This document shows, piece after piece, positions 23,605-34,332 of a stretch of 64,000 nt of DNA; the stretch's first letter is position 1, and each line of letters begins with the position of its first letter. The notes below the pieces were generated by a model. It was given only the letters and a program-made list of their open reading frames with translations. It was not told the DNA's origin and did not search any database. The DNA is from Eledone cirrhosa (Eukaryota): NCBI GenBank assembly GCA_964016885.1, contig OZ024747.1, positions 26,784,001 to 26,848,000 on the forward strand, given 5' to 3'. The translations under genes and the position numbers were made by a program.

Positions 23605-24713
23605 GGAGGCACATGGCTTAGTGGTTAGAGCATTGGCTTTGCAATCGAAAGGTTGTTAGTTCAATTCTCAGACCGGGTGATGTGTTGTTTCCTTGAGCAA
23701 GACACTTTATTTCACATTGCTCCAGTTTACTCAGCTGTAGAAATGAGATGATAGGACTGGGGTCCCTATCATTCCACTATAAAGTGGACGTGTAGGTGCC
23801 ACGGCAAAAAAGCACCCGGCACTCACTGTAAATGAGGTTGGTGTTAGGAAGGGCATCCAGCTGTAGAAATCAAGCCAGAATCAGTTCCCGTCCCACCCTT
23901 GCAAGCAGGGAAAAAGCGGACATAAAAATGAAATGATACATATATACACACACACACAGTGAAGGTGAGTGGCTCAATGGTTTGAGCATTTGGGCTCACA
24001 ATTGTGAGACTGAGTTCAATTCCTGGATCAAGCTGTGCATTGTGTTCTTCAGCAAGATACTTTATTTCACGTTGTTCCAGTTCACTCAACTGAAAAACAC
24101 AAGTTGTGACATCATTGGTACCGGGTTGCATCAGCATTTGCCTTTCCCTTCGACAACAATGGTGGGGAGACTGGTATGTATGGGCAATTGCTGGTCTTCC
24201 ACAAAAACATCTTACCTGAGAGGAACTTTCTAGGGGAATGGTCATTCGTGATCAAAGAGGGTCATATACATATGCTTTAGGTGGGAAAATTGCACCTAGT
24301 ACACTCTGTCAAGTGGTAGTGTCTTGATTAAATACATCCAGTACAATATGTAAAGTGGATGTGTTGTTGCTACAATAAAATGCACCCACTATACTCAGTA
24401 AAGTGGTTAGCATTAAGTAGGGTATCCAGCTGTAGAAACCATGCCAAACTATTCTGACTGACAACTCATCTAATCTCATGGAAAATGAAAGTAAAATGAT
24501 GATGATAATATACCTGTTTTTCCTTTTCCAAACAGCATTCAACAAAATGTTCATTTCCTTATTTTCTGTTTTTTCTTCCTATTCAGGTGCACTGTTCTGA
24601 TAAACAGCAAATGTACAACAGCGATACGACAAACTGCATTCAGTCGTGATGGAAGCATCCTTCTGTCTGTCTGTGATGATGGCACAATATGGCGCTGGGA
24701 CCGAGTGAAATAG
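8166..24713 (+). CDS. EED: Polycomb protein EED/esc (WD40 subunit of PRC2), 12 coding exons, 427 aa
   Basis: Exons 8166-8249, 13112-13258, 14517-14609, 15566-15631, 16285-16410, 17875-17956, 19430-19521, 19762-19895, 20995-21100, 22330-22482, 23406-23479 and 24587-24713 join in frame (1284 nt) with GT-AG ends. Diagnostic peptides: [74 protein letters not shown]. Confidence 0.97.
9930..10720 (-). mobile_element. Degenerate RTE LINE 3' part in EED intron 1
   Basis: [10 protein letters not shown]...RYKYKLK and a terminal CTICGFAC zinc-finger remnant. Confidence 0.75.
11930..12280 (+). mobile_element. Two tandem copies of an abundant tRNA-derived SINE (family A)
   Basis: GGCAGTATCGGTAGAG...GAGTTCAAATCCCGCCGAGG (A/B boxes), then GCCTTTCATCCTTACGGGGTCGATAAAATAAAGTACC, then GTAGAAACAATTA. 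Other copies at ~820-960(-), 3690-3820(-), 8561-8678(-), 9680-9850(+), 14026-14121(-), 19555-19678(+), 25567-27460 (several, +) and 63050-63150. Confidence 0.85.
12749..12951. mobile_element. piggyBac-type MITE
   Basis: TIRs CCCTTTAACATTT...AAATGCTAAAGGG flanked by a TTAA duplication; a paralogous empty site lies at ~15295-15370. Confidence 0.85.
13112..13258 (+). CDS. EED: EED exon 2
   Basis: CAG acceptor; DDMSSTTS...RSETP...KLVNYLK; GTAAGT donor. Confidence 0.92.
14517..14609 (+). CDS. EED: EED exon 3
   Basis: [31 protein letters not shown]. Confidence 0.95.
14796..15012. mobile_element. piggyBac-type MITE, second copy
   Basis: TTAA-CCCTTTAGTATTT...GATGCTAAAGGG-TTAA; internal sequence is homologous to the 12749 copy. 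Confidence 0.85.
15566..15631 (+). CDS. EED: EED exon 4
   Basis: [22 protein letters not shown], followed by GTATCCTTT. Confidence 0.93.
15632..16284 (+). other. U12-type (minor spliceosome) GT-AG intron
   Basis: 5' splice site GTATCCTTT; branch point TCCTTAAT at 16268-16275, about 10 nt before the AG; no polypyrimidine tract. Confidence 0.9.
16285..16410 (+). CDS. EED: EED exon 5
   Basis: [42 protein letters not shown]. Confidence 0.95.
17573..17757 (+). mobile_element. SINE family A, full-length copy
   Basis: Near-identical to the copies at 25567-25752 and 34148-34332. Confidence 0.85.
17875..17956 (+). CDS. EED: EED exon 6
   Basis: [27 protein letters not shown]. Confidence 0.95.
19430..19521 (+). 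CDS. EED: EED exon 7
   Basis: [31 protein letters not shown]. Confidence 0.95.
19762..19895 (+). CDS. EED: EED exon 8
   Basis: [21 protein letters not shown]... Confidence 0.95.
20995..21100 (+). CDS. EED: EED exon 9
   Basis: [35 protein letters not shown]. Confidence 0.95.
21880..21957 (-). ncRNA. Type I hammerhead ribozyme, antisense in EED intron 9
   Basis: Minus strand reads GCTCTG-CTGATGA-TGAA...TTCAT-GAAA-TAGTC TTAC GACTA-TA-CAGAGC, with a 6-bp stem I and a full hairpin stem III. Confidence 0.8.
22330..22482 (+). CDS. EED: EED exon 10
   Basis: [12 protein letters not shown]...[16 protein letters not shown], containing the aromatic-cage WY. Confidence 0.95.
23406..23479 (+). CDS. EED: EED exon 11
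   Basis: [24 protein letters not shown]. Confidence 0.95.
23605..23937 (+). mobile_element. tRNA-headed SINE family B (CORE-like body, RTE-like tail)
   Basis: TGGCTTAGTGGTTAG and GTTCAATTC boxes, CCTTGAGCAAGACACTT body, AGGAAGGGCATCCAGCTGTAGAAA tail and (AAATG)n end; near-identical copy at 26074-26402. Confidence 0.8.
24587..24713 (+). CDS. EED: EED exon 12 (to stop TAG)
   Basis: [41 protein letters not shown]. Confidence 0.95.
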
Positions 24714-26073
24714 GAAACCACATCAAATGCCTCATTCTCTCACCACTGCTTCATCTCTCCCCTGCTCCTTTTCACCTCCCATCTTTTTCTCCCATTTCAC
24801 TTCTCTCACCACTTTTCCATTTCTAGCTATCTCTGTTTTTTCCATTCATTTCTCTCTCTTCCCTTCATCCTTCACCACCTCTCCATCTTTTTCTTCACTT
24901 CTCTTTCATTTACATCCATACTCTTCACCATAAATGTGTGCCTGTAATAACGTCCACTGCCAGATATGTGTAGAAAATAACTTACACATGTGACATATAC
25001 GTAGAAAATAACTTTCATACTTAACATGTGTACAAAATAACTTAAATTCTTAACATATGTGTACAAAATAACCTACACATTTGACATGTTTAAGGTGCCT
25101 AGCCAAGCAGTTTTCGATTCCCAGACCAGTTAGCATTTTGTGTTCCTGAGCAAGATGCTTCATTGCCTGTTGCTTTTCATAAGTTTTGGACCCCTATATC
25201 ATTAAAATACCTATAAAAAAAACCTATGAAATGCAAACTTGTAGGAAGTCGGCTAAACCTACATAGTTGTGAGCTGTAATTCTTTTCTTTTTCTTATTTC
25301 ATAAAATAACACATTTCACATCCAAAATTAATGTTATTTTTTAATACTTTTCTCTTCCCTAATTTTAACCAATGGTTCTTTTATTATTATTAGGATGGTT
25401 AATTGGTAGAGTGTCAGACAAAATGTCTTTTGGAATTTGTTCTGGTCCTATACTTTCCCACTGAGGTCAACTTTAAAAATTAAATACCAGTCAAATACTG
25501 AGGTTGATGTAACTGATTGTTTCCTCCTCACACCAAATTACTGACCTTGTGTCTAAATTATAACCATGGTGGATTGGCAGTATCAGTAGAGGGTCGGACG
25601 CCATGCTTTGCAACATAGAGTTACCTCCCTGTATGATCTGAGTTCAAATCCTGCCGAGGTTCACTTTGCCTTTCATCCTTACGGGGTCGATAAAATAAAG
25701 TACCAGTAATGCACTGGGTAATTGCTGGCCTTATGCCAAAAGTAGAAACAATTATTATAATTAGGGTGGTGAATTTGCCAGACAAAATGCCTTGCAGTAT
25801 TTATTTATGGTTCTTTATATTTTGAGTTCAAATCCTGCCAAGCTCAACTTTGCCTTTCATCCTTCTGGGGGTCAATAAAATAAAGTACAGTCCAGTACTG
25901 GGATCAATTTCACTAACTTTCCTCTTCTCCAAAATGGCTAGCCTAGTGCCTAAATTAGAAACTATTAGGTCAACTTTGCCTTTCATCCTTACGGGGTCGA
26001 TAAAATAAAGTACCAGTAATGCATTGGGTAATTGCTGGTCTTGTGCCATAAGTAGAAACAATTATTATTAATA

Positions 26074-26402
26074 GGCACATGGCTTAGTGGTTAGAGCATT
26101 GGCCTTGAAATCGAAAGGTGAGTTCAATTCTCAGACCGGGTGATGTGTTGTGTCCTTGAGCAAGACACTTTATTTCACATTGCTCCAGTTTACTCAGCTG
26201 TAGAAATGAGATGATAGGACTGGGGTCCCTATCATTCCACTGCAAAGTGGTCGTGGAGGTGCCACGGCAAAAAAGCACCCAGCACTCACTGTAAATGAGG
26301 TTGGTGTTAGGAAGGGCATCCAGCTGTAGAAATCAAGCCAGAATCAGTTCCCGTCCCACCCTTGCAAGCAGGGAAAAGCGGACGTAAAATGAAATGAAAT
26401 GA
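26074..26402 (+). mobile_element. SINE family B, second copy
   Basis: Direct repeat of 23605-23937. Confidence 0.8.
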
Positions 26403-28180
26403 TTAAGGAGAGGTGGTATAAACTGTAAAGTGACAGATTGAGTGCCTTGTATTTAATTACTACATCATCCCTTTCTTTTCTGAGTTCAAATCCTGTCAGG
26501 ATCAACTATAATTTCCTTCCCTGTAGAGTTTCTGAAATATGTACCTGTTATGTTTCTGGCTTGTTTTTTTAAGGGGTGGGGGCAACAATACTCTTCTTCA
26601 TATTTGTGACCTTGCCCCAATATATGAGGAATTTTGTTTCTGTCTGAGTGCCATTCTTTGACCGGTTCCACTTTATAAACATGGCAGCTTCACATCTCCT
26701 TCCTTAAATTTCTCAGGCTGTATACCCTTTGGCCAGTTCCAAAACATGGCAACTTCACATTTCTCTCTGTATACCCATGTAAAAAAAAAACATCGGACCA
26801 AATGCTTTATGAGTATTTGTTCCAACTTTTTACATTCTGAGTTCAAATCTTGCTGAAGTCAGCTTTGCCTTTCATCCTTCTGGGGTCGATAAAATAAAGT
26901 TTCAGTTAAGAACTGGTGTCATTATAATTGATTTTCTTCTGCTCTCAAATTGTATCTAAATTAGAAACCAAGGCAGTAGATTGGCAGAATCATTAGTGTC
27001 AAACAAAAAGGTTTGCAGTATTTTTTCTGGCTCTACATTTCTGAGTTCAAGTCCTCTCGATGTCAACTTTCCCATCCTTCCCACGAATGATTGCTGGCCT
27101 TGTACCTAAATTAGAAACCAATATTATTAACATGGAATGGCATCATTAGGGTGTTGGACTGATCTTGGCAGTATTCGCTCTGAATATATCTTGAGTTAAA
27201 ATCCTGCCAAAGTCAACTTTGCCTTTCATACTTCCAAAGTTGATAAAATGAAGTACCAGTCAAATACTGGGGTCGATGTAATCAACTTACTTCTCTTCGT
27301 AAATTGTTGGCCTTGTGCCTAAATTAGAAATCAGTCCTTGCCATTCTGAGTTCAAATCCTGCCGAGCTAACTTTGCCTTTCATCCTTACGGGGTCGATAA
27401 AATAAAGTACCAGTAATACACTGAGTAATTGTTGGCTTTGTGCCAAAAGTAGAAATAATAATTATTTTTAATATGGCAGTCACAATAAAGTGGAGATAAG
27501 TTCTTAATAAACTGTGGTAGGATCACTAAATACTTTGCAGTATTGAGTTATGCCTCATATTTTGTGAGATCAAATACTTCTTGGGCCAAATTTGCTTTTC
27601 ATCCCACTAGGGAGTCTATAGAATAAAGTACAAGTCAAGTACCGGGGTCAATATCATTGACAAATTAACTAAAAGTCATTTTAAATATTGCTATTATTAA
27701 TCATCATCATTATCATCACCAGCAACATTTAAATAAAAGTCTTTTTTTTGTAACAGAATTTATAATCTGTTATTTATCAACCATGCTTGTAATTTTTTTC
27801 TTCTTACAAAAGTGGTTAGACAAAAAGCCTGTAAGATGTCTGCATATCAGTTCACACTATAAGATGGTAGTGCTGGTGCATCCAATCCACATAGTAGTGT
27901 TTGTGTCATTACAAAAAACAACAACAAAAAACATGCAGTCCACCCTGTAAGATAGTAGTGCTGGAGTCATGACAAAAAGCACCCAATCCCTCCTGTAAAG
28001 TAGTTGTGTTGGTATCAAAAAGCACCCTGTTATATGGTAGTGCTGTAGTCAATAAAATGCTCCTGGTAAAGTGATTGGCATCCAAGTAAAAAAAATGGAA
28101 CAAACAAGACATGCTTACCTGATTATTCTAGTTTCAGTTTGTGAAAACCTATCTAACCTGCACAATCGTGGAAACCACAT

Positions 28181-28515
28181 TAAAAGGCGATGATGTGTCT
28201 ATAATAAAATATGTGTATTAGTGAAGTATGGTAAATTGATGTTAAAGGAAAATACCGTGGTAATAATTTCTTCTCATTTGCTTCCGTTTATGATTCAAAG
28301 TTCCCAGCACACCTAAAGAAAAAAGGCAGGTGGAGCAAGCCTGTTCTAAACATAAATGCAAAATAATACCTTGTCTGTTTGCTCCACCTGCCTTTTTTCT
28401 TTAGGTGTGCTGGGAACTGAATCATAAAGGGAAGCAAATGAGAAGAAATTATTACCACAGTATTTACCATACTTCACTAATACACATTTTATTATAGTCA
28501 CATCATCGCCTTTTA
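28181..28515. repeat. Long inverted repeat (~140-160 bp arms, 40-bp spacer)
   Basis: TAAAAGGCGATGATGTG...GGTGGAGCAA is mirrored by TTGCTCCACC...CACATCATCGCCTTTTA. Confidence 0.9.
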
Positions 28516-29229
28516 GTAGTGTCTTTACCCCCATCATCTGAAAGTTTGAGGAAATTTTACTGATATTTAGGTATTGAAAATGAGAGAAAAATCAGTTATT
28601 AACCCTTTTGATTGCAAATCACTTGGTATTTATGTTTAAATTTGAACCTTCCATCTTAATTTTATGTAAACTTTTTTTTTTTTCAATTAAATTAAGTTTC
28701 AAATACCAATTTAATCATGAAAATTCTTCATTGTTTTCAAAATAAATAAAAAATATGGTAACAATATTCATGCTGGACCATTTTTGGAATGATAGAAATG
28801 CATTGGTAAATGGTGCATTATGTCATATATTCATGGACATGCTGGTCTCCAATCAACCACTAACCTTTAAATGTGTATACCACCTTTGTTGGCACACTAC
28901 AATACATGATAGTGCTCTTTGCTTTACAATAAGGTGTGGAGGTAGTGTCTATTAGTTGAGTCCAGTTTTATTCCCATTATATACTTGAGAAATTAAGTCC
29001 TTCACACATAGTTAACCTTTTAAATACCAAATCACCTGAAAGTGTTTATGTTTATCTAAAAACTTTCCATCATAATTTGTTAAATTATGTTCCAAACACA
29101 AACAGATACCAACTTTAATCCAGGAGGTAACAGCAGCAATGCATTCAAAGCAATTTAAACTAGGTAGTAATAGTAGCAACACTAGCAACTTAACTCAGGT
29201 GGTAACAATAGCAATACATTTCAAGCAAC

Positions 29230-31100
29230 TAATCTAATTCTGTTTGTCCTCCACCTTGTCAAGATCAGATGAACCCAATTCATTCCATCATAGAAGAGCT
29301 TCATCCAACTCCCTGTTGGAACTAGTCCATGCTGGAGAGGAAAAGGTGTTGCTCACCAGGGTGGAGGAAAGAAAGAGAGAGGGACAAAGATGAAGACCAC
29401 CAAATCGCTTGGGCAATGCAGCCTGATCACGGCACTCTGGAGAGAGTCTGACATTGACCAAGCACTCGAGTCTCTTGAAGATTAGTTTGTCAAAGTGTTG
29501 GAGACATGATAAAAATCCGTGAGATATATAGAAACTTAGGAATTGAAAGGTAGTTTCTGAGTATGGAAAAACCTTGATGGGGTTCGATTGCCTCAATATT
29601 CTTCAACAAGTGTTCATGGCTAACCATCTTCAATTGGAAGATTGACTCAAAAGCAAGGTTGTAATTGAGGCTCATAAGAAGCACCAAGCTGACAGGAGAG
29701 AGATCACAATGGAAGGGAGACCACTCTGCAAACAAGTCAATTGTTTGTTGATGTTGAGAAGCTGGGTGGCTGATAATTCAGAGCTCACATTTGGACTATT
29801 GACCTGGAAACGCTGACAGCCAAGCTTCTCAATCATTTTGTTAGCAGTAGCGAGAACCCTATCCAGAGGTCCCCCCCCCCCTCCCAAGCAAATGTCATCA
29901 AGATGTCAAACGTTGAGGTCTAACTGAAGTCCCATCTTGGTGATGTCATCAATGCCCAATGCAAACAGCAGGCCCAAGTGGATTACCCTGTTGAACTCCT
30001 GAGGCAGAGATAATAATTTGGTCACCAAAAAGAGGTAGGAGGGCTCCTGATAAGTCTGCCAAGTGGTAGAGTTGTGGGGCCTTCTCTCTTACTGAGCTGA
30101 GGATAATATCGTGGCTGACAAGAGTTGAAGGCATTCTTGAGGTCTAGTTTGAGGATGACATGGAGGACAAGTTGGTAAAGGCTCTAGTAGCTTGGGCAGC
30201 AACCTCACATCCCAACTTGGTACCCATCCCTAGCTGGATGGGGTAAAACAGTGAGTCAGAGACTGATAGCAAACACACGTTTGCAGTAAGACAGTGAAGG
30301 GTGCAACCAACCAAAATGGGGCACAGGTCTCTGTTGGGCTCAGTGAGTTTGAATAGTTTTGCACTGAAGAACTGAGTGGATATAGGGGAGAACATTCACC
30401 GATGAGAACCATTTCACAAATTGAGTCAGACGCTCCAGGAGCTCGAGTCTAGTGTCACCGGCTGATAAACAAACGTTTGGAGAGGGTGCATGCAAAGCTA
30501 TTCCGAACTCCCTTAGGGATCTGGTTGATGAGTTTCGATTTGGATAAACCCTGGAGGGTAGAGAGATGGTCATCGAAGCATGGGACGTCAGTGACACTGA
30601 TTACAAGTCCAATGTTGAAGTCTTTTGGCTTGAACCTTGGTGATGCCAATGCAGCTCCTGTGGTAACTTTGGCAACACAGGTGACATTTGATTGTCTTCA
30701 GGTACTGGCTAGTGCAGGCTCAGAGAGCACAATCAGGTGGTGAGCTGACAGTAGAGGGCCAGCATTGGAATTCAAGCGAGGGAGGGAACTAGTAATAGAG
30801 GCAAGGTAAACAGCATTGGCTCTAATGGTGGGACTAGAATGGAAGTTAGGTTATGCTGGGAGTGGGCTAACTGTTGTAGGAATGGTGGGGTTAATAGGGT
30901 TAGTTCTGTTCAGATCCAACAGTAGAGAGGAGGGGGATTAGGAGGAGACAAGTTACCTATTCTTGTGCGTGCTAAAGTTGGTGGAGAATGAGAGGCTAAA
31001 GACTGATCTTTGTAACAAATTCGTTCCACCATGCAGGTTTCTTTGTCACTTGACGCATGCCTCGACCACTTAAAGTGGTGGCAACTTTATCAATCGGTAA
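29230..31100 (-). mobile_element. Degenerate CRE-like non-LTR retrotransposon (RT region)
   Basis: Frameshifted peptides QLGMGTKLGCEVAAQATR, SGVQQGNPLGP and QAALPKRFGGL. Confidence 0.75.
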
Positions 31101-32199
31101 TCACTAGTGATAGTTCGATCAGAACATTGGGCCATTAATGGGTTGAGCAAAGATATGTGGATGAGGTTAGGAGTATGTGAATGTGGCCTGATCCTGATCC
31201 AGATCCCATTCTGAGATTTCAAATATTGAAAAAGATAATTCTTATGATATTCAATATTCATTATACCTATAGTTTTGTGTTTACAGATAAATTTTTGTAC
31301 ATTAAAAAAGGTGATGAGGTTTATCAAATATGTATAAGTTTTGGAACGTCAGAGGGTTTGGAAATCCAGGTTCAGGAGGATCAATATCCCGATCCTGATC
31401 TTGATGGAAAAGAGAGAGCAATGAGCATGAAAAGAGATAGATAAAACATTAGGAGAAGCAGGAGAGCAGGGAGTTCTTTATTTTTCTTTTTTCGGTTCGT
31501 TTTTCCACCCCATTCGCCTGCCTTTTGTTGTATGTGGTCCTAGATGTGTGTATTGCCTGCTTGTGTGTGTGTGTGTGTGTTTTTTTTCTCTTTCTTTTTT
31601 CCTTTGCCTTTACTTTCTTTTTTTTTAAATTATTTGTAATATTTCATATTAATATAAATGTTACAGGACAATATATATGGGAATGATTGACAATCGATCT
31701 CGAAATTAAAACTATCATTTAAAGCTCGGAAAAGAATATTGTATAATTCTATCGAAATTTTGTCGTTTTAGCTATTGCCGCACGTGTATTGTAATTCGGT
31801 TGATACCACATGCGGAATGGCTGTCTTCGAATTGCGCACGTGTCGTCATCGCCAGCTCGTGCCCGCCCACCTCATCGACTGCTTAAAAATAGGTGAAGAG
31901 GACGAGATTCAACAGATTGTGATGTATTAGCTGTGTGTACTTAGCATGGCTTTCCAGGAAAGAAGCAAATTTTCATTAATATCTGGAATAATAATAATAA
32001 TAATTAGTGGCAGTCGAGTAGAGAAGTATAATCCCGCGGTAAGTTTAAAGCTTTTAGCCGTCTCTGCTGCTTTTACATTTTAAATTATGTTAAGAGAAGT
32101 ATAAATATCACACAACAGCATTATTCTACATATAACAGTATATATTTTATTTGTCAGCATAACCGTCATCTTACAAATAAAAAGAGAAAAATGAAAGAA

Positions 32200-32410
32200 A
32201 AGGGGAAAAGAAAAAAAAACTCACATCTAGGACCACATACAACAAAAGGCAGGCGAAAGGATAGATAGACAAACGAACCTCTGCCAGAGCAAAAGACAAC
32301 AATATCGCGAGGAACAATGGGAACCCTCTAATAATTTTTTGAGACAAGCCAGCACGCTCGCAGCGTTACCTCGGGTGAACCGCTGGAACAACCAAGTGCC
32401 CCCACGAGCA
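32200..32410 (-). mobile_element. CRE-like element 3' end fragment
   Basis: WLFQRFTRGNAASVLACL plus a 3' UTR homologous to 32900-33000. Confidence 0.65.
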
Positions 32411-32899
32411 TTTTTCTTGCACCTGAATTTGAGACCTAAACAAATTAACTGAATGTTGTTTTTTTTAAATGTTATTTCTTGAATGCAATTCTCTATGAAC
32501 ATTAAATATCTTCTTTTACAAAGATGAGCCATTCTTCCAAACTTACACCAGTTAACAATGGAGTGCGCACAAGCTTTGAACCAATTAAGCATTTAAAATC
32601 TTTTCACATTCTCAGAATTTAGAAGAGACCGACAATGTCCAGTCTTTCTCCAATTTGAACGAAACCGAAAAATGCTACATTCAATTTTAAATAAACATTT
32701 TAACAATGTTTGAAGTTGGTAAGTTACATGTTCTTAAAGAGAATTATGTTTATTATACAGAGTATATAAATAGGTTTACAGTAGAATAACATAACAAATA
32801 TGTTTTAAATATATACATAAATAACATAAATGGTTAGATAACATTATACATTGCTCGCGATTCTTTCAGAAAGATATATTCTTTTAATGTTAAAATATT

Positions 32900-33390
32900 A
32901 AAGAAAATGTAAAGGAAGGGGTGAACAACGGAGCCAACAACAGAGCAAAAGACAGCAACGTCGTGAGGAGTACCGAGCAACCTCTCTAATGATTTTTTTT
33001 AATGCTAGCCAGCACACTTGCAGCGGTGCCTCGAGTGATAGCGAGGCTGATGCGCTGAAACAGCCAATCACCCTCGCGAGATTCGCCAGTCAGCTCTATT
33101 AGGCGAGCCGCCAGTGAGGAAAGGAACCGCGCAGTCAGCGGCCCGACTCCCCCACACGTCTCGAAAGCCACAGGCTGAAAAAGGTAGCTGGCCGTCAGAT
33201 CAGAGTATTTGAGGGTCTTACTCCGCTCCGCTGCAGAAGCTGTGGCTCTCGTCCTAACCACAGCATCCAGGATGTGGGGAAAGAACAAAAGAATCACTAA
33301 CAGTGACGTCCCAGACAAGGCACCTGCCTTTCGACCGGGGGCACAGGGTAAGGCCGTCGGGTCTTTTGCCGTCACTTCTGGACAACCTAG
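32900..33390 (-). mobile_element. CRE-like element 3' end with restriction-like endonuclease (RLE)
   Basis: RSDGKRPDGLTLCP..KGRCLVWDVT, then after a frameshift AERSKTLKY...FQPVAFETCGGVG...LFQRISLAITRGTAASV. Confidence 0.8.
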
Positions 33391-34147
33391 ATGGTTCTAA
33401 GATTGATATTTTAAATTATACAACCAACCTACTTACAATGACACGCATATCTTTAAAGTTTTTTAAAGAACTTAAATTTGTAGTTTCTGAATTCATATCT
33501 ATATTTGTGTAAATTATAATTCCCGGGTTTAATGTAAATAGTGTAGATATGTTGGAATCGAAACCGTGATAACAAAGTCTTCATTGAATTATCTTAATAT
33601 TTATTTGCTCCCATCAATTCTAAGCATATCGGTATTACATCGTATAAGTTTCGTTCTGTTCACATTTCACGCTAAGATATTTTCATAATGTTTCAATCTT
33701 TTGTGAAGACTAATTGAATTTTATTTAATACCGTCACAATTTATGTTGGTATATAAAGTTTATGTAAAAAATCGGAAAAACAAAAGATTAGGGAATGGCG
33801 ACTCCACTTGCAATAAATATGAATTAGAATAAATATGAATTAGATGTTTTTTTTTTTATTTTGTAAAAGTCTAGTTAAAATTTTGAATTATTCTACATTT
33901 TTCGGGAAGTTGAGAGTATATATATATATATATGCAAAAGTTTTATTTAAAATTGTTGTGTTACGACAAGTAACGATTTTATAACTGATATAAAGCACTC
34001 GACAAGTTATTGGAGTAGATATACGATATTAAACAAGTGGAAACTATATTTATAAAACCATATTTATTTCATTATTGGTTTTATAAATATAGTTTCCATT
34101 TGTTTAATATCGTATATATTATATATATATTATATTATATTATATTA

Positions 34148-34332
34148 TGGTGAATTGGCAGTATCGGTAGAGGGTCGGACGCCATGCTTTCCAGCATAGT
34201 TACGTCCCTTAACGATCTGAGTTCAAATCCCGCCGAGGTTGACTTTGGCTTTCATCCTTACGGGGTCGATAAAATAAAGTACCAGTAATGCACTGGGTAA
34301 TTGCTGGCCTTGTGCCTAAAGTAGAAACAATT
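34148..34332 (+). mobile_element. SINE family A copy inserted in the AT satellite
   Basis: Full consensus match; another copy at 38203-38322 is cut by the gap. Confidence 0.85.

Noticed and set aside
23605-23680. tRNA-like heads of SINEs as tRNA genes
   Set aside because: They have no complete cloverleaf and continue into SINE bodies.
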